Below, piece by piece: positions 24,856 through 37,100 of a DNA stretch of 64,000 nucleotides. The translations under genes were made by a program, and so were the position numbers. How positions within the stretch are numbered: position 1 is the stretch's first letter; each line of letters starts with the position of its first letter. The stretch comes from an uncultured Gammaproteobacteria bacterium (GTDB taxonomy: Bacteria > Patescibacteriota > Patescibacteriia > UBA1558 > GWA2-36-10). The stretch covers positions 63,209 to 127,208 of the forward strand of contig CAZWIT010000002.1 in the NCBI GenBank assembly GCA_964633905.1. The letters run 5' to 3'. The notes beneath the pieces were generated by a model. It saw nothing but the letters and a program-made list of their open reading frames with translations. It ran no database searches and had not been told where the DNA came from.

Positions 24856-26418
24856 TTATTCATTTATTATACCATTAAATGCCGGAGTACTGGAAACAGT
24901 GCTACTGGCTGTGGTGCTAGCAGTAGTGCTGCTCAAAAGGCTAGGATCAATGGTTGGCACTAAGAGTTTAGTTTCATCTATTTGTTGGTCAAGTCCTAAA
25001 ACTATAACAAAATCTAATTTTACTAGTTCGCCATTTTTATCTTTGATATTATGTTTTTGAGCAATTAGAGTAGCTGCATAGTCGGAATTTGGTTTATTAT
25101 CCGCTTTTGTTTGAAATATGTTTTCTAAAGATTTTTCGGTGTAAGGTTTATCGTTGTTATAGCTATAAATCACAGTGCTAACTTTATTTTGAGTGGAATC
25201 ATTGCCATAACCCAGGGCATTGTAGCCCATTTGTTGCAAATAGTTTAAAGCTTTTAAGGCTAGTCCTTCGACACTGGTGCCATTTAAAATTAGGATATTG
25301 GCTTGTTCGGCTGGTATTTTAGTAAAGTTAAAGATATTTTTTATCAATTCTTGTATCTTAGTATAATTACCGCCGATTGGTTGCAAGATGTAGGCGCCAC
25401 TTTCAGCAATGCCACTTTTTAGATAGCTGCCTGGCCGATCGTCGATTGATTGAGTAATAATATCTTGGGTTTTTAGGCCTTTGGCTAAATGGGCAAGCTT
25501 TACAGCCTCCCAAGGTTCCATGTCAGTTTGGCTGTATTGATTCATTAAAGAAAAAATACTAGTGATTTTTTTAGGGTTCACCCAAGTGTTAAAAGAAGTA
25601 ATTTTTTCTTTAACAGCCAAAATAATTTTTTGTTGTCTCTTGATACGACCAAAATCAGAACCTTCACCGTTATTGCCATGACGAGAACGGGCAAAGCGTA
25701 GGGCAGTAAGACCATCCATTTTTTGTTCGCCAGCTTTGAAAGATATGGTTTGAGTTTTAAAATCAGCTGTCGGAAACTGGTAATCAGTAAAGGCTTTATC
25801 AACTGTAACTTCAATACCGCCGATAGAGTCAATAATTTCAATAAAACCTTGAAAATCTACAGCGCCATAATAGTGGATAGGAATATTAAAGTTATCTTCT
25901 ACTACTTTTTTCATTAATTCTCCGCCTTGGCCGTTTTCTTGCTCGCCGTAAGTATAAATATTGTTGATTTTAGTGTAAGAGCCTTTATAAAATACTACCA
26001 TGTCTCGGGGTATGGAAAATAAAGCCGCTTCTTTAGTTGATGGTTTAAAACTAGCGATAATAACAGTATCGGTTAAATAAGGGCCACTATGACCTTCGCC
26101 ACCCATGCCGAGGAGTAAAAAATTAATACGATCATCAGCTTCACCTTGTAAACTTTTTTGGCTAGGGTAGAGGATATGGGTAATTTGTCTTACTAAATAA
26201 CTATTTTTTACACCACCTAAAAATCCTTCGTTGTCAGCTGATAATATTGAACCAGCAATTGAAAATAAAATAATTAAAAAAATAAAACAACAAGAAATTT
26301 TTTTTCTTTTTGTTTTTTTTAGCGTAGCCGGAGTTCTTTCTTCGCTAGGGTTTTTATATGATTCTAAGCTATGTTGATTAGTATCACTAATTTTTTGTTG
26401 TTTAAAATCGGCAGCCAT
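24856..26418 (-). CDS. LytR-CpsA-Psr (LCP) family protein with LytR_C domain
   Basis: N-terminal TM; TDTVI, SIPRD, ARSRH..SDFGRIKRQQ; ILNGT..GLA; Ser/Thr-rich tail. Confidence 0.92.
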   Translation of the reverse strand: MAADFKQQKISDTNQHSLESYKNPSEERTPATLKKTKRKKISCCFIFLIILFSIAGSILSADNEGFLGGVKNSYLVRQITHILYPSQKSLQGEADDRINFLLLGMGGEGHSGPYLTDTVIIASFKPSTKEAALFSIPRDMVVFYKGSYTKINNIYTYGEQENGQGGELMKKVVEDNFNIPIHYYGAVDFQGFIEIIDSIGGIEVTVDKAFTDYQFPTADFKTQTISFKAGEQKMDGLTALRFARSRHGNNGEGSDFGRIKRQQKIILAVKEKITSFNTWVNPKKITSIFSLMNQYSQTDMEPWEAVKLAHLAKGLKTQDIITQSIDDRPGSYLKSGIAESGAYILQPIGGNYTKIQELIKNIFNFTKIPAEQANILILNGTSVEGLALKALNYLQQMGYNALGYGNDSTQNKVSTVIYSYNNDKPYTEKSLENIFQTKADNKPNSDYAATLIAQKHNIKDKNGELVKLDFVIVLGLDQQIDETKLLVPTIDPSLLSSTTASTTASSTVSSTPAFNGIINE

Positions 26419-26610
26419 TACTGGTTTCTCTTAATTTTTATAAAATCTAAAAAATGATGATAAAAGCAGATGGATTATAGTATTTTATTGACTAAAAGTC
26501 AAACCTAAAAAATGGCAATTTTGACGATAAAAAGGGCTTAAAAGGCTATTTGCTTTTAGTTTTAGCTTTGTGTATAATAAGTCTATTATCTTTTATTTTT
26601 TGTAATTTTT

Positions 26611-27252
26611 ATGGGGAATTTTGATAAAAATGTTATGCCAACAAAAAACTCTCAAGAGCCAGAGCCTAATTTTAATTTAGAACAACTATCAAGCGAAGAC
26701 GATCCTGGTACTGTTAGTTTTGCTAAAAAAGTTGGTTTATTTATTTTTGAGATTGTTAAAGTTGTTTTAATCTCTTTAGCTATTATTTTACCGATTCGTT
26801 ATTTTTTAGTGCAGCCTTTCTATGTTGAAGGAGCTTCGATGGAACCAAATTTTTATGATAAAGAATATTTAATCATCGATGAAATATCTTATCGTTTTGA
26901 AAATCCACAAAGAGGAGAAGTAATTATTTTGAAAAATCCTAATGATAGACATTTTTACTTTATCAAGAGAGTGGTTGGCTTGCCTGGTGAAAAAATAGCA
27001 GTTTTGAATGGACGGGTTTTTATCAATGATAAGCAACTTGAAGAAAGTTATATTAAAAATTTTTCACACGATGACTACGGTCCAACTACTTTAGCTGATG
27101 ATGAATACTTTGTGATGGGCGATAATCGCAATAATAGCAGTGACTCTAGATATTTTGGACCATTAAATCGCAAAGATGTCATTGGTCGAGTTTGGGTCAG
27201 GGGCTGGCCTTTAAATCGATTTAATACTTTTAATCCACCAACTTACCAATAA
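26611..27252 (+). CDS. lepB: Signal peptidase I
   Basis: GASMEP, IKRVVGLPG, GDNRNNSSDSR. Confidence 0.96.
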   Translation: MGNFDKNVMPTKNSQEPEPNFNLEQLSSEDDPGTVSFAKKVGLFIFEIVKVVLISLAIILPIRYFLVQPFYVEGASMEPNFYDKEYLIIDEISYRFENPQRGEVIILKNPNDRHFYFIKRVVGLPGEKIAVLNGRVFINDKQLEESYIKNFSHDDYGPTTLADDEYFVMGDNRNNSSDSRYFGPLNRKDVIGRVWVRGWPLNRFNTFNPPTYQ

Positions 27253-27264
27253 TTAAATTAATTT

Positions 27265-28590
27265 ATGTCTCAGAAAAAAGTTAAAAAAAGCCCGATTCAA
27301 TTAGTAAAGGGCATGAAGGATATTTTGCCAGACGAACAGATGTATTGGCAATGGATACGCGAAGAAGTTGATAATTTTGCTCGTCATTATAGTTTTTCTA
27401 GGATTGATACCCCCATTGTTGAGTTTACCAATTTATTTAAAAGAACAGTTGGTGAAGAAACAGACATTGTTAGCAAAGAAATGTATTCTTTTGTCATGTC
27501 TGACGGTGATAAATTATCATTACGCCCAGAAAATACTGCTGGCGTGGTTCGTAGCTATATAGAGCATGGTATGCTTAATATGCCTCAGCCAGTTAAGCTG
27601 TATTATTTTGGTCAGCAATTTCGTCATGATAAACCACAAGCAGGTCGTTATCGCCAATTCTGGCAATTTGGTTTTGAAGCTATAGGTGAAACTGATCCGG
27701 TAATTGATGCTCAATTAATTACTATTTCTCACAATTTTCTTAAAAGTTTAGGCTTAGAAGTTGAAGTTCAAATAAATAGTGTTGGTGATGCTAATTGCCG
27801 GCCCCAGTATCTAAAGGCTTTAAAGGCTTATTATCAAAATCACCGCAAAGAATTGTGCTCAGATTGCCAAAATCGTTTTAATAAAAACACTTTGCGTTTA
27901 CTTGATTGTAAAAATGCCAAGTGTCAGGAACTGGCAAATTCTGCTCCGCAAATGGTTGATTATTTATGCGAAAGCTGTAAAGAGCACTTTATGGGTGTTT
28001 TAGAGTATTTAGATGAGTTAGATATTACCTATAGTTTAAACGCCAAGATTGTCAGGGGTTTAGATTATTATACTAAAACAGCCTGGGAAATAGTGGAAAC
28101 TAGTGAAGCCGGTAAATTGCAAGCCTTGGGTGGTGGCGGTCGTTATGATGAGTTAATTGAGACTTTAGGTGGTCGTCCGACACCAGCGGTTGGTTTTGCA
28201 ATCGGGGTTGAGCGAGTGATTATTAAATTGCAAGAGAAAAAGATTGCACCACCAAAAATGCACCAATTAGATTTATATGTAGCTCAACTTGGGATCGAGG
28301 CACGAAAAAAATCTTTGAAATTATTTGAAGAGCTAAGAGCGGATGGCTTTGAAGTAGGTGAAAGTATTGTTAAAAAAGGTTTAAAAGATCAAATGGAAGC
28401 AGCCAACAGAAGGGGTGTAAAATATACTTTGATTTTAGGACAAAAAGAAATTACTGACGGCACTGTATTACTTAGAGATATGGAAAGTGGCGTGCAAGAA
28501 GTAATAGATTATCGTAAAGTAAAGAGCGAAGTGCGCAAGCGTTTAAGTCAAGAAGGTACTCGGGTAATAAAGCTCAAAAAAATTAAGTAG
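27265..28590 (+). CDS. hisS: Histidine-tRNA ligase
   Basis: LRPENTAG, GRYRQFWQ, RGLDYY, GGGRYD. Confidence 0.98.
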   Translation: MSQKKVKKSPIQLVKGMKDILPDEQMYWQWIREEVDNFARHYSFSRIDTPIVEFTNLFKRTVGEETDIVSKEMYSFVMSDGDKLSLRPENTAGVVRSYIEHGMLNMPQPVKLYYFGQQFRHDKPQAGRYRQFWQFGFEAIGETDPVIDAQLITISHNFLKSLGLEVEVQINSVGDANCRPQYLKALKAYYQNHRKELCSDCQNRFNKNTLRLLDCKNAKCQELANSAPQMVDYLCESCKEHFMGVLEYLDELDITYSLNAKIVRGLDYYTKTAWEIVETSEAGKLQALGGGGRYDELIETLGGRPTPAVGFAIGVERVIIKLQEKKIAPPKMHQLDLYVAQLGIEARKKSLKLFEELRADGFEVGESIVKKGLKDQMEAANRRGVKYTLILGQKEITDGTVLLRDMESGVQEVIDYRKVKSEVRKRLSQEGTRVIKLKKIK

Positions 28591-28744
28591 GTAGATTTTT
28601 TAAATATCACACTTAAAGCTGTGGATAATTTTTATATTTGTCTAACGTTGACTTTTGTAGTTAAATCTGTCATTATATAAGGGATAATAATTACTTTTTA
28701 AAGCTAGTTATTTATCAGTTTATTTATTTAATATTTTAAGTCAC

Positions 28745-28755
28745 AGGGGAGGTGA
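28745..28755 (+). promoter_or_regulatory. Extended Shine-Dalgarno of rpsU
   Basis: AGGGGAGGTGA just before the GTG start, complementary to the canonical anti-SD. Confidence 0.8.
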
Positions 28756-28759
28756 AATT

Positions 28760-29005
28760 GTGTTGGAAGTTAAACGCAAAGATAATGAATCTTTTGAAAG
28801 CTTGATTCGTCGTTTTACTAAAAAAACCATTCAAAGTGGTAAAATCATCCAAGCAAAAAAAGTCAGATTTTTCAATAAACCAAAAACTAAACGGGCATTG
28901 AAATCCAGCGCTTTACGTCGGCAAAAAATTGCTGGGCGTTTAGATTATTTGAAACGCATTGGCAAACTTGATGATAATGCTTTGCAGAGAGCAAAAAAAT
29001 TATAA
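28760..29005 (+). CDS. rpsU: 30S ribosomal protein S21
   Basis: EVKRKDNESFESLIRRF...RFFNKP; followed by a yqeY-like gene, a conserved pairing. Confidence 0.9.
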   Translation: MLEVKRKDNESFESLIRRFTKKTIQSGKIIQAKKVRFFNKPKTKRALKSSALRRQKIAGRLDYLKRIGKLDDNALQRAKKL

Positions 29006-29062
29006 TTTTTAGTTTTTGTCTATTAGTAAATTTGCTAGTAGACAAAGCCATAAATATTATAT

Positions 29063-29500
29063 ATGGCCTTGAGTGAACAAATAGAGAATGATTTAAAAAA
29101 TGCTTTACGAGAAAAAAACGAAAGCCTGGTTTCTTGTTTGCGTATGCTTAAAAGCGCTTTAAAAAATCAAGCAATTGAGGCTCGTGTGCCCCAGCTTGAT
29201 GATTTGCAAGTAATAGCTGTTTTGAAGCGTGAACTAAAAAAAAGACAAGATTCAGCTAATCAGTTTAAAACTGGTAATCGTGAAGATCTGGCTGCTAAAG
29301 AAAACGAAGAAGCTAAAATAATTGCTAAATATTTACCACCAGCTATGCCAGAGGCAGAGCTTATAAAAATCGTTGATGAAGTAATAGCTAGTGGTTTAAA
29401 TAATTTTGGCCAGGTTATGAAAGAAGTAATGACAATAACTGGGGCTCAGGCTGATGGTCAGATGGTACAAATGTTGGTGAAAAAGAAACTAGGTTTATAA
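29063..29500 (+). CDS. GatB/YqeY domain protein
   Basis: LRMLKSAL, KKRQDS..QF..GNREDLA, YLP, GQVMK. Confidence 0.93.
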   Translation: MALSEQIENDLKNALREKNESLVSCLRMLKSALKNQAIEARVPQLDDLQVIAVLKRELKKRQDSANQFKTGNREDLAAKENEEAKIIAKYLPPAMPEAELIKIVDEVIASGLNNFGQVMKEVMTITGAQADGQMVQMLVKKKLGL

Positions 29501-29542
29501 AACCTAAAAATAAAAATAAATTAAAAATTAAATAATTATCCC

Positions 29543-31135
29543 ATGCTAATTTTTAAAAAAATGACTGTAGTGAGCCTATTTTTGCTAGCAGTTATTTTTT
29601 TGTATCCAAAAATGGCCTTGGCGCAAGATGCGTTTACTTCTGGTAATTTAGAAAATCTTTCAGTTTATACTACGCGCAGTATCTTTGACATGATTGTCGG
29701 CATTGTCAATGTGGCCTTAGGTTTTTTAGGTGCGATTACAGTTTTATTATTTTTATATGCTGGTTATTTATGGTTGACTTCACGCGGTGCTGCTGATCGT
29801 ATTGATCAAGCTAAAAAGATTATGATCAACGCTACCATTGGTTTAGGTATTATTTTTGTATCTTACGCTTTGGTCAATTTTATTTTCCGCTCAGCTTATG
29901 AAGGTATTTTTGGCGGCGGACCCGGTGGTAATAACAATTATAATCCTTCTTATAGCGGAGGAGTGTTAGGTGGAGTTTTGGAAAGTCATTATCCAGCTTG
30001 GAGTGCTACTAATATACCGCGCAATACTAATATCATTGTTACTTTTAGAGAGGCAATTGATTTAGAACAAATATTATTAAATGATAGTTGTGATCCGGTT
30101 AGCACAGATTGTGCAGTTGATCGTAATAATATTATGGTTTTTGTAGCTGGCAATGAAGATAGTAATTTAGCTAATAATGATCTCTTATTTAGAACAGATG
30201 CAGCTCACAAAAATTTTGTTTTTAATCCAGTGCCATTATTAGGTGATTCCAATGAGCCAGTTGACTATAGGGTGCAATTAAATAATTTACGTACAGAAAA
30301 TGGTTCGCCAGTATTTTCTGGCAGTAACTATTATTATTGGATTTTCTCGGTCGGTACTTGGGTAGACGAAGTGCCTCCTTATGTTGTTTCGGTTGTGCCG
30401 ATTGCTAGTACTGTAGCTCGCAACACTATTGTGCAGATTAATTTTTCGGAAAGTGTTAATCCTCTATATATACCAGCGGTATCTGACGCGGCTGCTAATA
30501 TCAGATTAAGTGATCCCAATCTAATTGATGGTGTTTTTCAATTAAGTAATCAGTATCGAACAGTTGAATTTTTAACTAATTCACAATGTGGTCAAAATTC
30601 TTGCGGCTTTAATATATTTTGTTTACCAGCTTCAGCGACTATTGATGGTATTATTATTGATGAAGTTAGGGATATGGTTGGTAATCAATTAGATGGTAAT
30701 CATGACGGTGATCATGATGTTAATGATAATTTTGATAATTGGCAATTTAACACTAACAACGATATTGATACTACTGGTCCAATTATGACTTATCGTGATC
30801 GCAGTGATGATTGGAATATTTATGCTCCGATTAGGATTAGCTTTGATAGTTCTTTATCGGCTGCTTCAGTAAATTATGACAATGTTAAATTAGATTGGAA
30901 TATTAATTATTGGTTAGGTTTGGCTTCTTATGAACCTACCTATAATAATAGTATTATGATCTACCATAATCCTATGGCAGCAAATACTGATTATAGTATT
31001 TCTTGCTTGTCTGGTATTAGGGATTTACAACAAAATTGTTATCAACCTTGTAATTGTCCCTTGGGTTCCCCAGGTTGTGGTGCAAATCCACCTATGGGCA
31101 CGCCTTGTCCGCCAGGTACTTGTTCATGGAATTAG
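29543..31135 (+). CDS. Surface protein: signal peptide, VirB2/TrbC-like pilin domain, three Ig-like (Big_5-type) domains, Cys-rich tail
   Basis: ALA-Q cleavage site, two-TM pilin motif (YAGYLWLTSRG...AKK...ATIGL), repeats P..NT.I.V.F.E.+. Confidence 0.8.
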   Translation: MLIFKKMTVVSLFLLAVIFLYPKMALAQDAFTSGNLENLSVYTTRSIFDMIVGIVNVALGFLGAITVLLFLYAGYLWLTSRGAADRIDQAKKIMINATIGLGIIFVSYALVNFIFRSAYEGIFGGGPGGNNNYNPSYSGGVLGGVLESHYPAWSATNIPRNTNIIVTFREAIDLEQILLNDSCDPVSTDCAVDRNNIMVFVAGNEDSNLANNDLLFRTDAAHKNFVFNPVPLLGDSNEPVDYRVQLNNLRTENGSPVFSGSNYYYWIFSVGTWVDEVPPYVVSVVPIASTVARNTIVQINFSESVNPLYIPAVSDAAANIRLSDPNLIDGVFQLSNQYRTVEFLTNSQCGQNSCGFNIFCLPASATIDGIIIDEVRDMVGNQLDGNHDGDHDVNDNFDNWQFNTNNDIDTTGPIMTYRDRSDDWNIYAPIRISFDSSLSAASVNYDNVKLDWNINYWLGLASYEPTYNNSIMIYHNPMAANTDYSISCLSGIRDLQQNCYQPCNCPLGSPGCGANPPMGTPCPPGTCSWN

Positions 31136-31177
31136 TATTTAAAACTTATTTATAAAAGGATAAATAAAAATATAAAA

Positions 31178-34100
31178 ATGAAAAAAATATCCATCCTAGT
31201 AATTTTTTGGCTGCTATTGGGACTGATGTTTGCTCTGCCAGCTTGGGCGCAGGGTGCTTTTGGTACTAATACTTTGACTAATCTGGCTGTTTATAGTACG
31301 CGTAGCATTACTGATACTATAGTTGGTATAGTCAATATTATTTTAGGCTTTTTGGGTGTGATTGCAGTTTTACTTTTTTTGTATTCTGGTTGGCTGTGGC
31401 TATCTTCTAGAGGGGATGCACAAAAGATTCAAAAATCTAAGTTGATTATGGCTAGTACCGTAATTGGCTTATTAATTATTTTTGCTTCTTATGCTATTAC
31501 CAATTTTATTATTGCTAGAATAGCCGAAGAAACCGGCACTATTGAAACTACTCCGCCAGGCTATGTACCACCTGGACCAGGACCTGTTACTTGTCCTTTG
31601 CCCGCCAATGATGGTGATATAGATGTATGTCAAGTTTATCCCGGTGCGGCTGCTCCAGGTAATTATTTTACGATTACAGGTTGGAACTTTGGTAATTATG
31701 TAGCGGGCAATAGCCGAGCAGTATTACGTGATAATTTGGGTAATGAAACAGCTTTAGATTTAGTTAGTTGCGATGGCAATCCAATTTGGAATTTAATTTA
31801 TACTACGCCAGATGGAGATAATAGTTTTTATGAAATTAGAGCAATAGTGCCAGATATTACGGCCGCTGTTTATGATGTTAGAGTTTATCGAAATGCCACT
31901 GTCTTTGATCAAGAGACCAATAATTCATTTACAGTTTCTCCGCCTGGAGCAGTTGGTTTGAATATTGCTTGTTTGCGTCCAAGCTTTGGTGCAGCTCGTC
32001 CAACGCCTGAGAGTGTGATAGCTGAGGGTATTAATTTTGGTACTAGTGCAGGTACAATTAGTATGAAAGGCTGGGTCGGGAGTAGCGAGGCCGATATTAC
32101 TGTTCCTAGTGGCACTTGGGATGATACTTTGATTACTTTTCAAATTCCAGATAATGCTTTAGCGAGTGATGTTAAAATTACTCATAATGCAGATATCAAT
32201 AATTGGGATACTCGTTATTTCATGGTTACTTGCGGTGGTGATGATGGTAATTGTTCTTCTGGTTGCTGTAGTAATTATAATGAATGCCGTCCTAATACAA
32301 ATGAGTTTTGTCCAGCTGGCGCTAATTTCAGTAGTGCGCCACGCATAGATGCTATTAGTCCTAATAATGGTGCAGCTGGAAATTTAGTAACTATTTTAGG
32401 GCAAAACTTTGGTACTGTTGCCGGTACGGTTTGGTTTAATGGTGCTAGCGGTCCGATTCAAGGAGTTGTACCATCAATTCTCTACCCAGGTATTTGTCCA
32501 GCCGGTAATTATTGGTATGATAATTATATAATTATTGGTGTGCCAGTAGGCACTATAGACGGCTCGGTCTATATTATGACTGGAGCAGCTATACCTGAGC
32601 AGAGTAATAATGCATCTTTTGATGAAAATGGAATTTCGCGCCCAGGTTTGTGTCAATTAAATCCTATTGGTGGTAGCTTCCAAAATGAAACTAGAGTTAA
32701 TACAACTGGTATTAATTTTGCCAGCACTGATAAAATTTTATTTTCAGTTGATCCAGATATTACTGGTAATGATTATATTTATACTTCTCCGAATGAAGCC
32801 TCGGCTGTAGTACCAAATTTACAAAACGGTCAAGTTGGTGTTCAAATAAAAAATAACGCTGACCAATATAGTAATCCTTTGCCTTTTCAGGTAAGTGATA
32901 GTTTTTTTGGTCAACCACGCATTGTTACCACTTCTCCTAATGGTATTAAGAGCGGTGTTTATATTACTATTTTTGGTACAAATTTTGGAAATTTAGCTGG
33001 CCAAGTGTTATTTAATGATGTAAATAATGCCACTAATCCAGATCTAGTTGGCATTGTTCCGAGTAATCCAATGTGCCAAAATGCTTATTGGCAGAACAAT
33101 CAAATAGTAGTAGAAACTCCTAATTTGCCAGATATTAGCAATGGCAGTCCTTATGAAATAGTTGTTAAGCGAGCTGATGCAGTAGTAAGCGAAGCTTATG
33201 ATATTAATTATAATACTAGTTTAGAAGACGGAGTCTTTTTGTGTGCCGTAGTACCAGATAATGGCCCTAATAATTTTTCGCCAGTTGATTTTTATGGTTC
33301 GGGCTTTAGTGATAATAGTGTTAGAATTCAATTTAATGGAGCAGCTAATACTGTTAATCCGACAGGCTTTAATGATACTCAAGCTTGGGATACGACAGTG
33401 CCTGGTGATGCCTTGAGTGGTCAAGTAATTTTGCAATCGCAAGCTGATAATGGTACTTGGCTTAATAGTAATGCTTTAAATTTTAATATTGCTGGCTGTT
33501 CTCAAAATTCCGATTGTCAGGGTTCAGAGCAATGTTGTCCTGGTAATTTTGGTAACTATTGTTCTCTAAGTTGTGATCAAATTTTAAGCTGTACTTATAC
33601 CTCTACTTTGCATACCCAAAATATACCTTTTAGTATTAATTATAATTATAATTGTGATACTGATTGGCAGTCACCAACTCCTTGGCCAGATGGATTGTTA
33701 AGTTATTCCTCACAAGATAATTATGTAGACTCTAATATTTCTTTTACCTTTACTCGTAATATTGTTGATGCTGATTTAGAGCCAGCTGCTCATAAAATTA
33801 GGTTGTATGAATGTGATAACAGGAATACTAGTTGTGATGTAGAAATAAATATTGCTACCAATATTATTGGTCAAAATAGTAATCAAGAAGGCGTGCTTAT
33901 TAATCCGCTTAATAATTTAGCAGAAAATACTTGGTATAAGGTGGTTTTAGTAGGTGACTTTAGAGCTGAAGGTGGCAATGAATACTGGAATACTAGTTAT
34001 GATCCTGATTTACAAGTTGTTGGTGGTTGGAATTTTAGAACTAAATCAACTGACTTGGCTTGTGAAATTAGTAGTATTCAAGTAACACCGCAGTCAGCAG

Positions 34101-37100
34101 CTGCTAATTTCTATTTAGGTAATTCTCGAGATTTTTATTCAGCACCAACTGCGAATAATTGTAATTTATGCGGTGGTAATTATAATTGGACTTGGCAATT
34201 GACTAATCCACCTAATCCAGATGCCGCTAATGTGACCGATCCATCAAATATTGGCACTAATATTGGTCATACTCGTTTGACCTCTGATTTACCAATAAAT
34301 TATGCAACTGAATTTTTATCTCCTAATTATGTAAATTTGCAATGTAATGTTAATCAGGCAATTGCGCCTAGTTTTTCACAGCCAGTAGTTTTGGCTCCAA
34401 TCTTATTGGTAGAAAATTATGGCCCACTTTGTTCAGCTTCTTGTGACAATGGCACAGTTTGGATAGATTTTAATACACAAATTGCTGCGACCTATTTAAA
34501 TAATACTTATTTTTCAATTCAAGATTGTAATAATGACGCTAGTTGTGCTAGCCCATTGGCTACAAATTTAGTAAATAATATAGCCTTACCACAAGATAGT
34601 AATTTTAGAATAACTTTGCCTCACGCTGCTTTTACTCATAATCATTATTATCGTGTTCAAGCTTTGGATACAATTAGAAATATTCACGGTTATCAATTAG
34701 ATGATACTAAGACTTGGGTTTTTGGTGTAGGCGATGCATCTTGTGAAGTGGCTAGCGTTAATTTAAATCCTAGCAATGCTACTGTGGCAATTAGTAATCA
34801 AATTGCCTATGGTGCTCAGGCTTATTCTGATCCTAATGCTTGTTATATCCATGGTCAGCCAATTGATTGTTTGGCTGCTAATAATTGTACTTGGTTATGG
34901 GCTTCTTCTAATAATACTATTGCTACTATTGAAAATAATAATAGTAGTGTGAGTAATGCTACTGGTGTGGCTGTGGGCACTACTAATATTTCAGCCAATG
35001 CTCGCCAGGCCGGCGTTGATCATATTGATAGTGGTATTTTGACAGTAGTGGAATCAATTACAACTCCAGTTGATCCGCACTTACCACCACGGGTAGAAAA
35101 TATTAGGCCACTTGATGGTGAGACTAACATTTGTCCTAATGCCGCTATTACTATGGATTTTACTGAGTTAATGGATCCAGCTAGTGTGATGGCTCATGTA
35201 AAATTGTATGCTCAGCCTGATAATTATGATGTTAATGGTGACGGTGTTGCTGATTTACAAGACGTTGCTTTAATTTCAGGGAATATTAATTTATGGGATT
35301 TGGTAGATGTTAATTATGGCGTTACGCATTTTGACAGTAATAGTGATAATATTCCAGATAAGACAACGGTAATTTTATATCCTACAAGTTTATTACGTAT
35401 TGTTAATAAAATTAATCATGTAGTGGTACAAGGCAATGTTACTAGTATTTATAATATTGCCTTAGATAGTGGACAATATAATTTTGAGGGCCAGATTCCT
35501 GATATGCCTGGTAATGATAGCTATTCTTGGCATTTTACAACGGGAGCTGACTTATGTCGTATTAGTTATATACAGACTATCCCAACTAGCGATTGGTTTT
35601 TGTGTGCCGGGGATAATTGTGGCATTACTGACGTTGAACCAGCCACGCCCGGTCATCAACATAGCTATACGGCTATTGCTAGAGATGTGCGTGGCATCGC
35701 TTTAGCAGGCTCTATTAGTTATGATTGGTCATTAAATAATGATGGTATTAATTTATTATTAAATAATGATGGTTCGCCAGCTGCTGGGGCTACACCTAAT
35801 GTTCATTTTAAAGTTGCTAATGAAAATGGACGGGAAACTTTAATTGTTAATGCTCAAGGTAGCGATGTTGGTTCGGCTAGCGCTAATATTGGTATTGATG
35901 TATTTTTATGTGAAGTACCTTGGCCTGGTCCTGGTTTGAATTTATTTCCTTGGCAGGATGATGCTTATAATTTTTCTACTTACTATTGTCCTGATGTTGA
36001 TCAAAATGACGGTATTGCTTCTTTGCCAATTTTAAATAATAATCCGATTGAAAATCCTAATCATCCAGCTAGTGTATTACGCGAGTATATTTTTTCAGTA
36101 CCAGCTCCAGTCAGCATGGATTCAGGTAATAATTTTGGTAGTTTATCTACTAGTAAATATAATCAAACAGATAGTTGGTGGTCGCATTTATTTAAAAAAG
36201 TATCTAAGCCTTGGCAGGCATTAGTAGCCAGAGGTCAGGGTATTGGCACAGACATTATTGCCTTGAGAATCATGTCCAATCTTAATCATTTATCGGTAGA
36301 GGATTGGTATGAATTAAATGCTCCTAACCCAGACATTGGGGGCACTTCTTTGGAGGTTGATGGTTATCCAGCTTTGCAAGTAGGAAATACAGTTTATATT
36401 TCAGCCTTTAATTTAGATGATGCGGGCAATGTTCGTTATACTAATATTTATATTTTAGCTTATAATATTGGCGCTAGACCAACAACAGTAGAGATTTTTA
36501 GTCAGCTACTTGATAATTTTAGATTAAATACTAATGTTGATCAGCAAAATAATATTTGCGTCGGCGGTGTAGATGCAGGCAATGTTTGTAGTAGTGATTT
36601 TGATTGTGCTGACCATAATTGTCAGTCTCAAGGCTTAAAATTACGTCGTGATTTAGTGCGTTTGGGAGACATGTTAAATATTAATAGTAAATTAATTGAG
36701 TATGGTGAAACTCACAAGGCCTGTAGTAATAATAGTTTAACAGCTTGTGTTAATAATTCTCAGTGTCCAAATGGTGGTACTTGTATTAATTATTATCCAC
36801 TGCTTAATGCTGGTACTTTTGTGCGCGGCCAATCTAATAGTTCTTGGCCTTCTTGGCAACAGACTTTGGCTACTGGTTTAAGTGGCTCTTTGCCATTGGA
36901 TCCTATTAATTTATTTAATGCTTGCGGTGATCCAGGTTTTGATCCAAATACTTGTTGGAACGAAGAAGCTTTAGAATTTTCTTGTCCAATTGGCTCTTTG
37001 ATTTATCATTATCAAAGAAGTGAAACTGGCGATGGTTATGATTTGTCGGCTAATTTTGAAAGTATTAGTAATTTTGCTACCTTATTAGATCCTATGGATA

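Noticed and set aside
28600-28700. Replication origin
   Set aside because: Only one DnaA box, no cluster, and no dnaA/dnaN nearby
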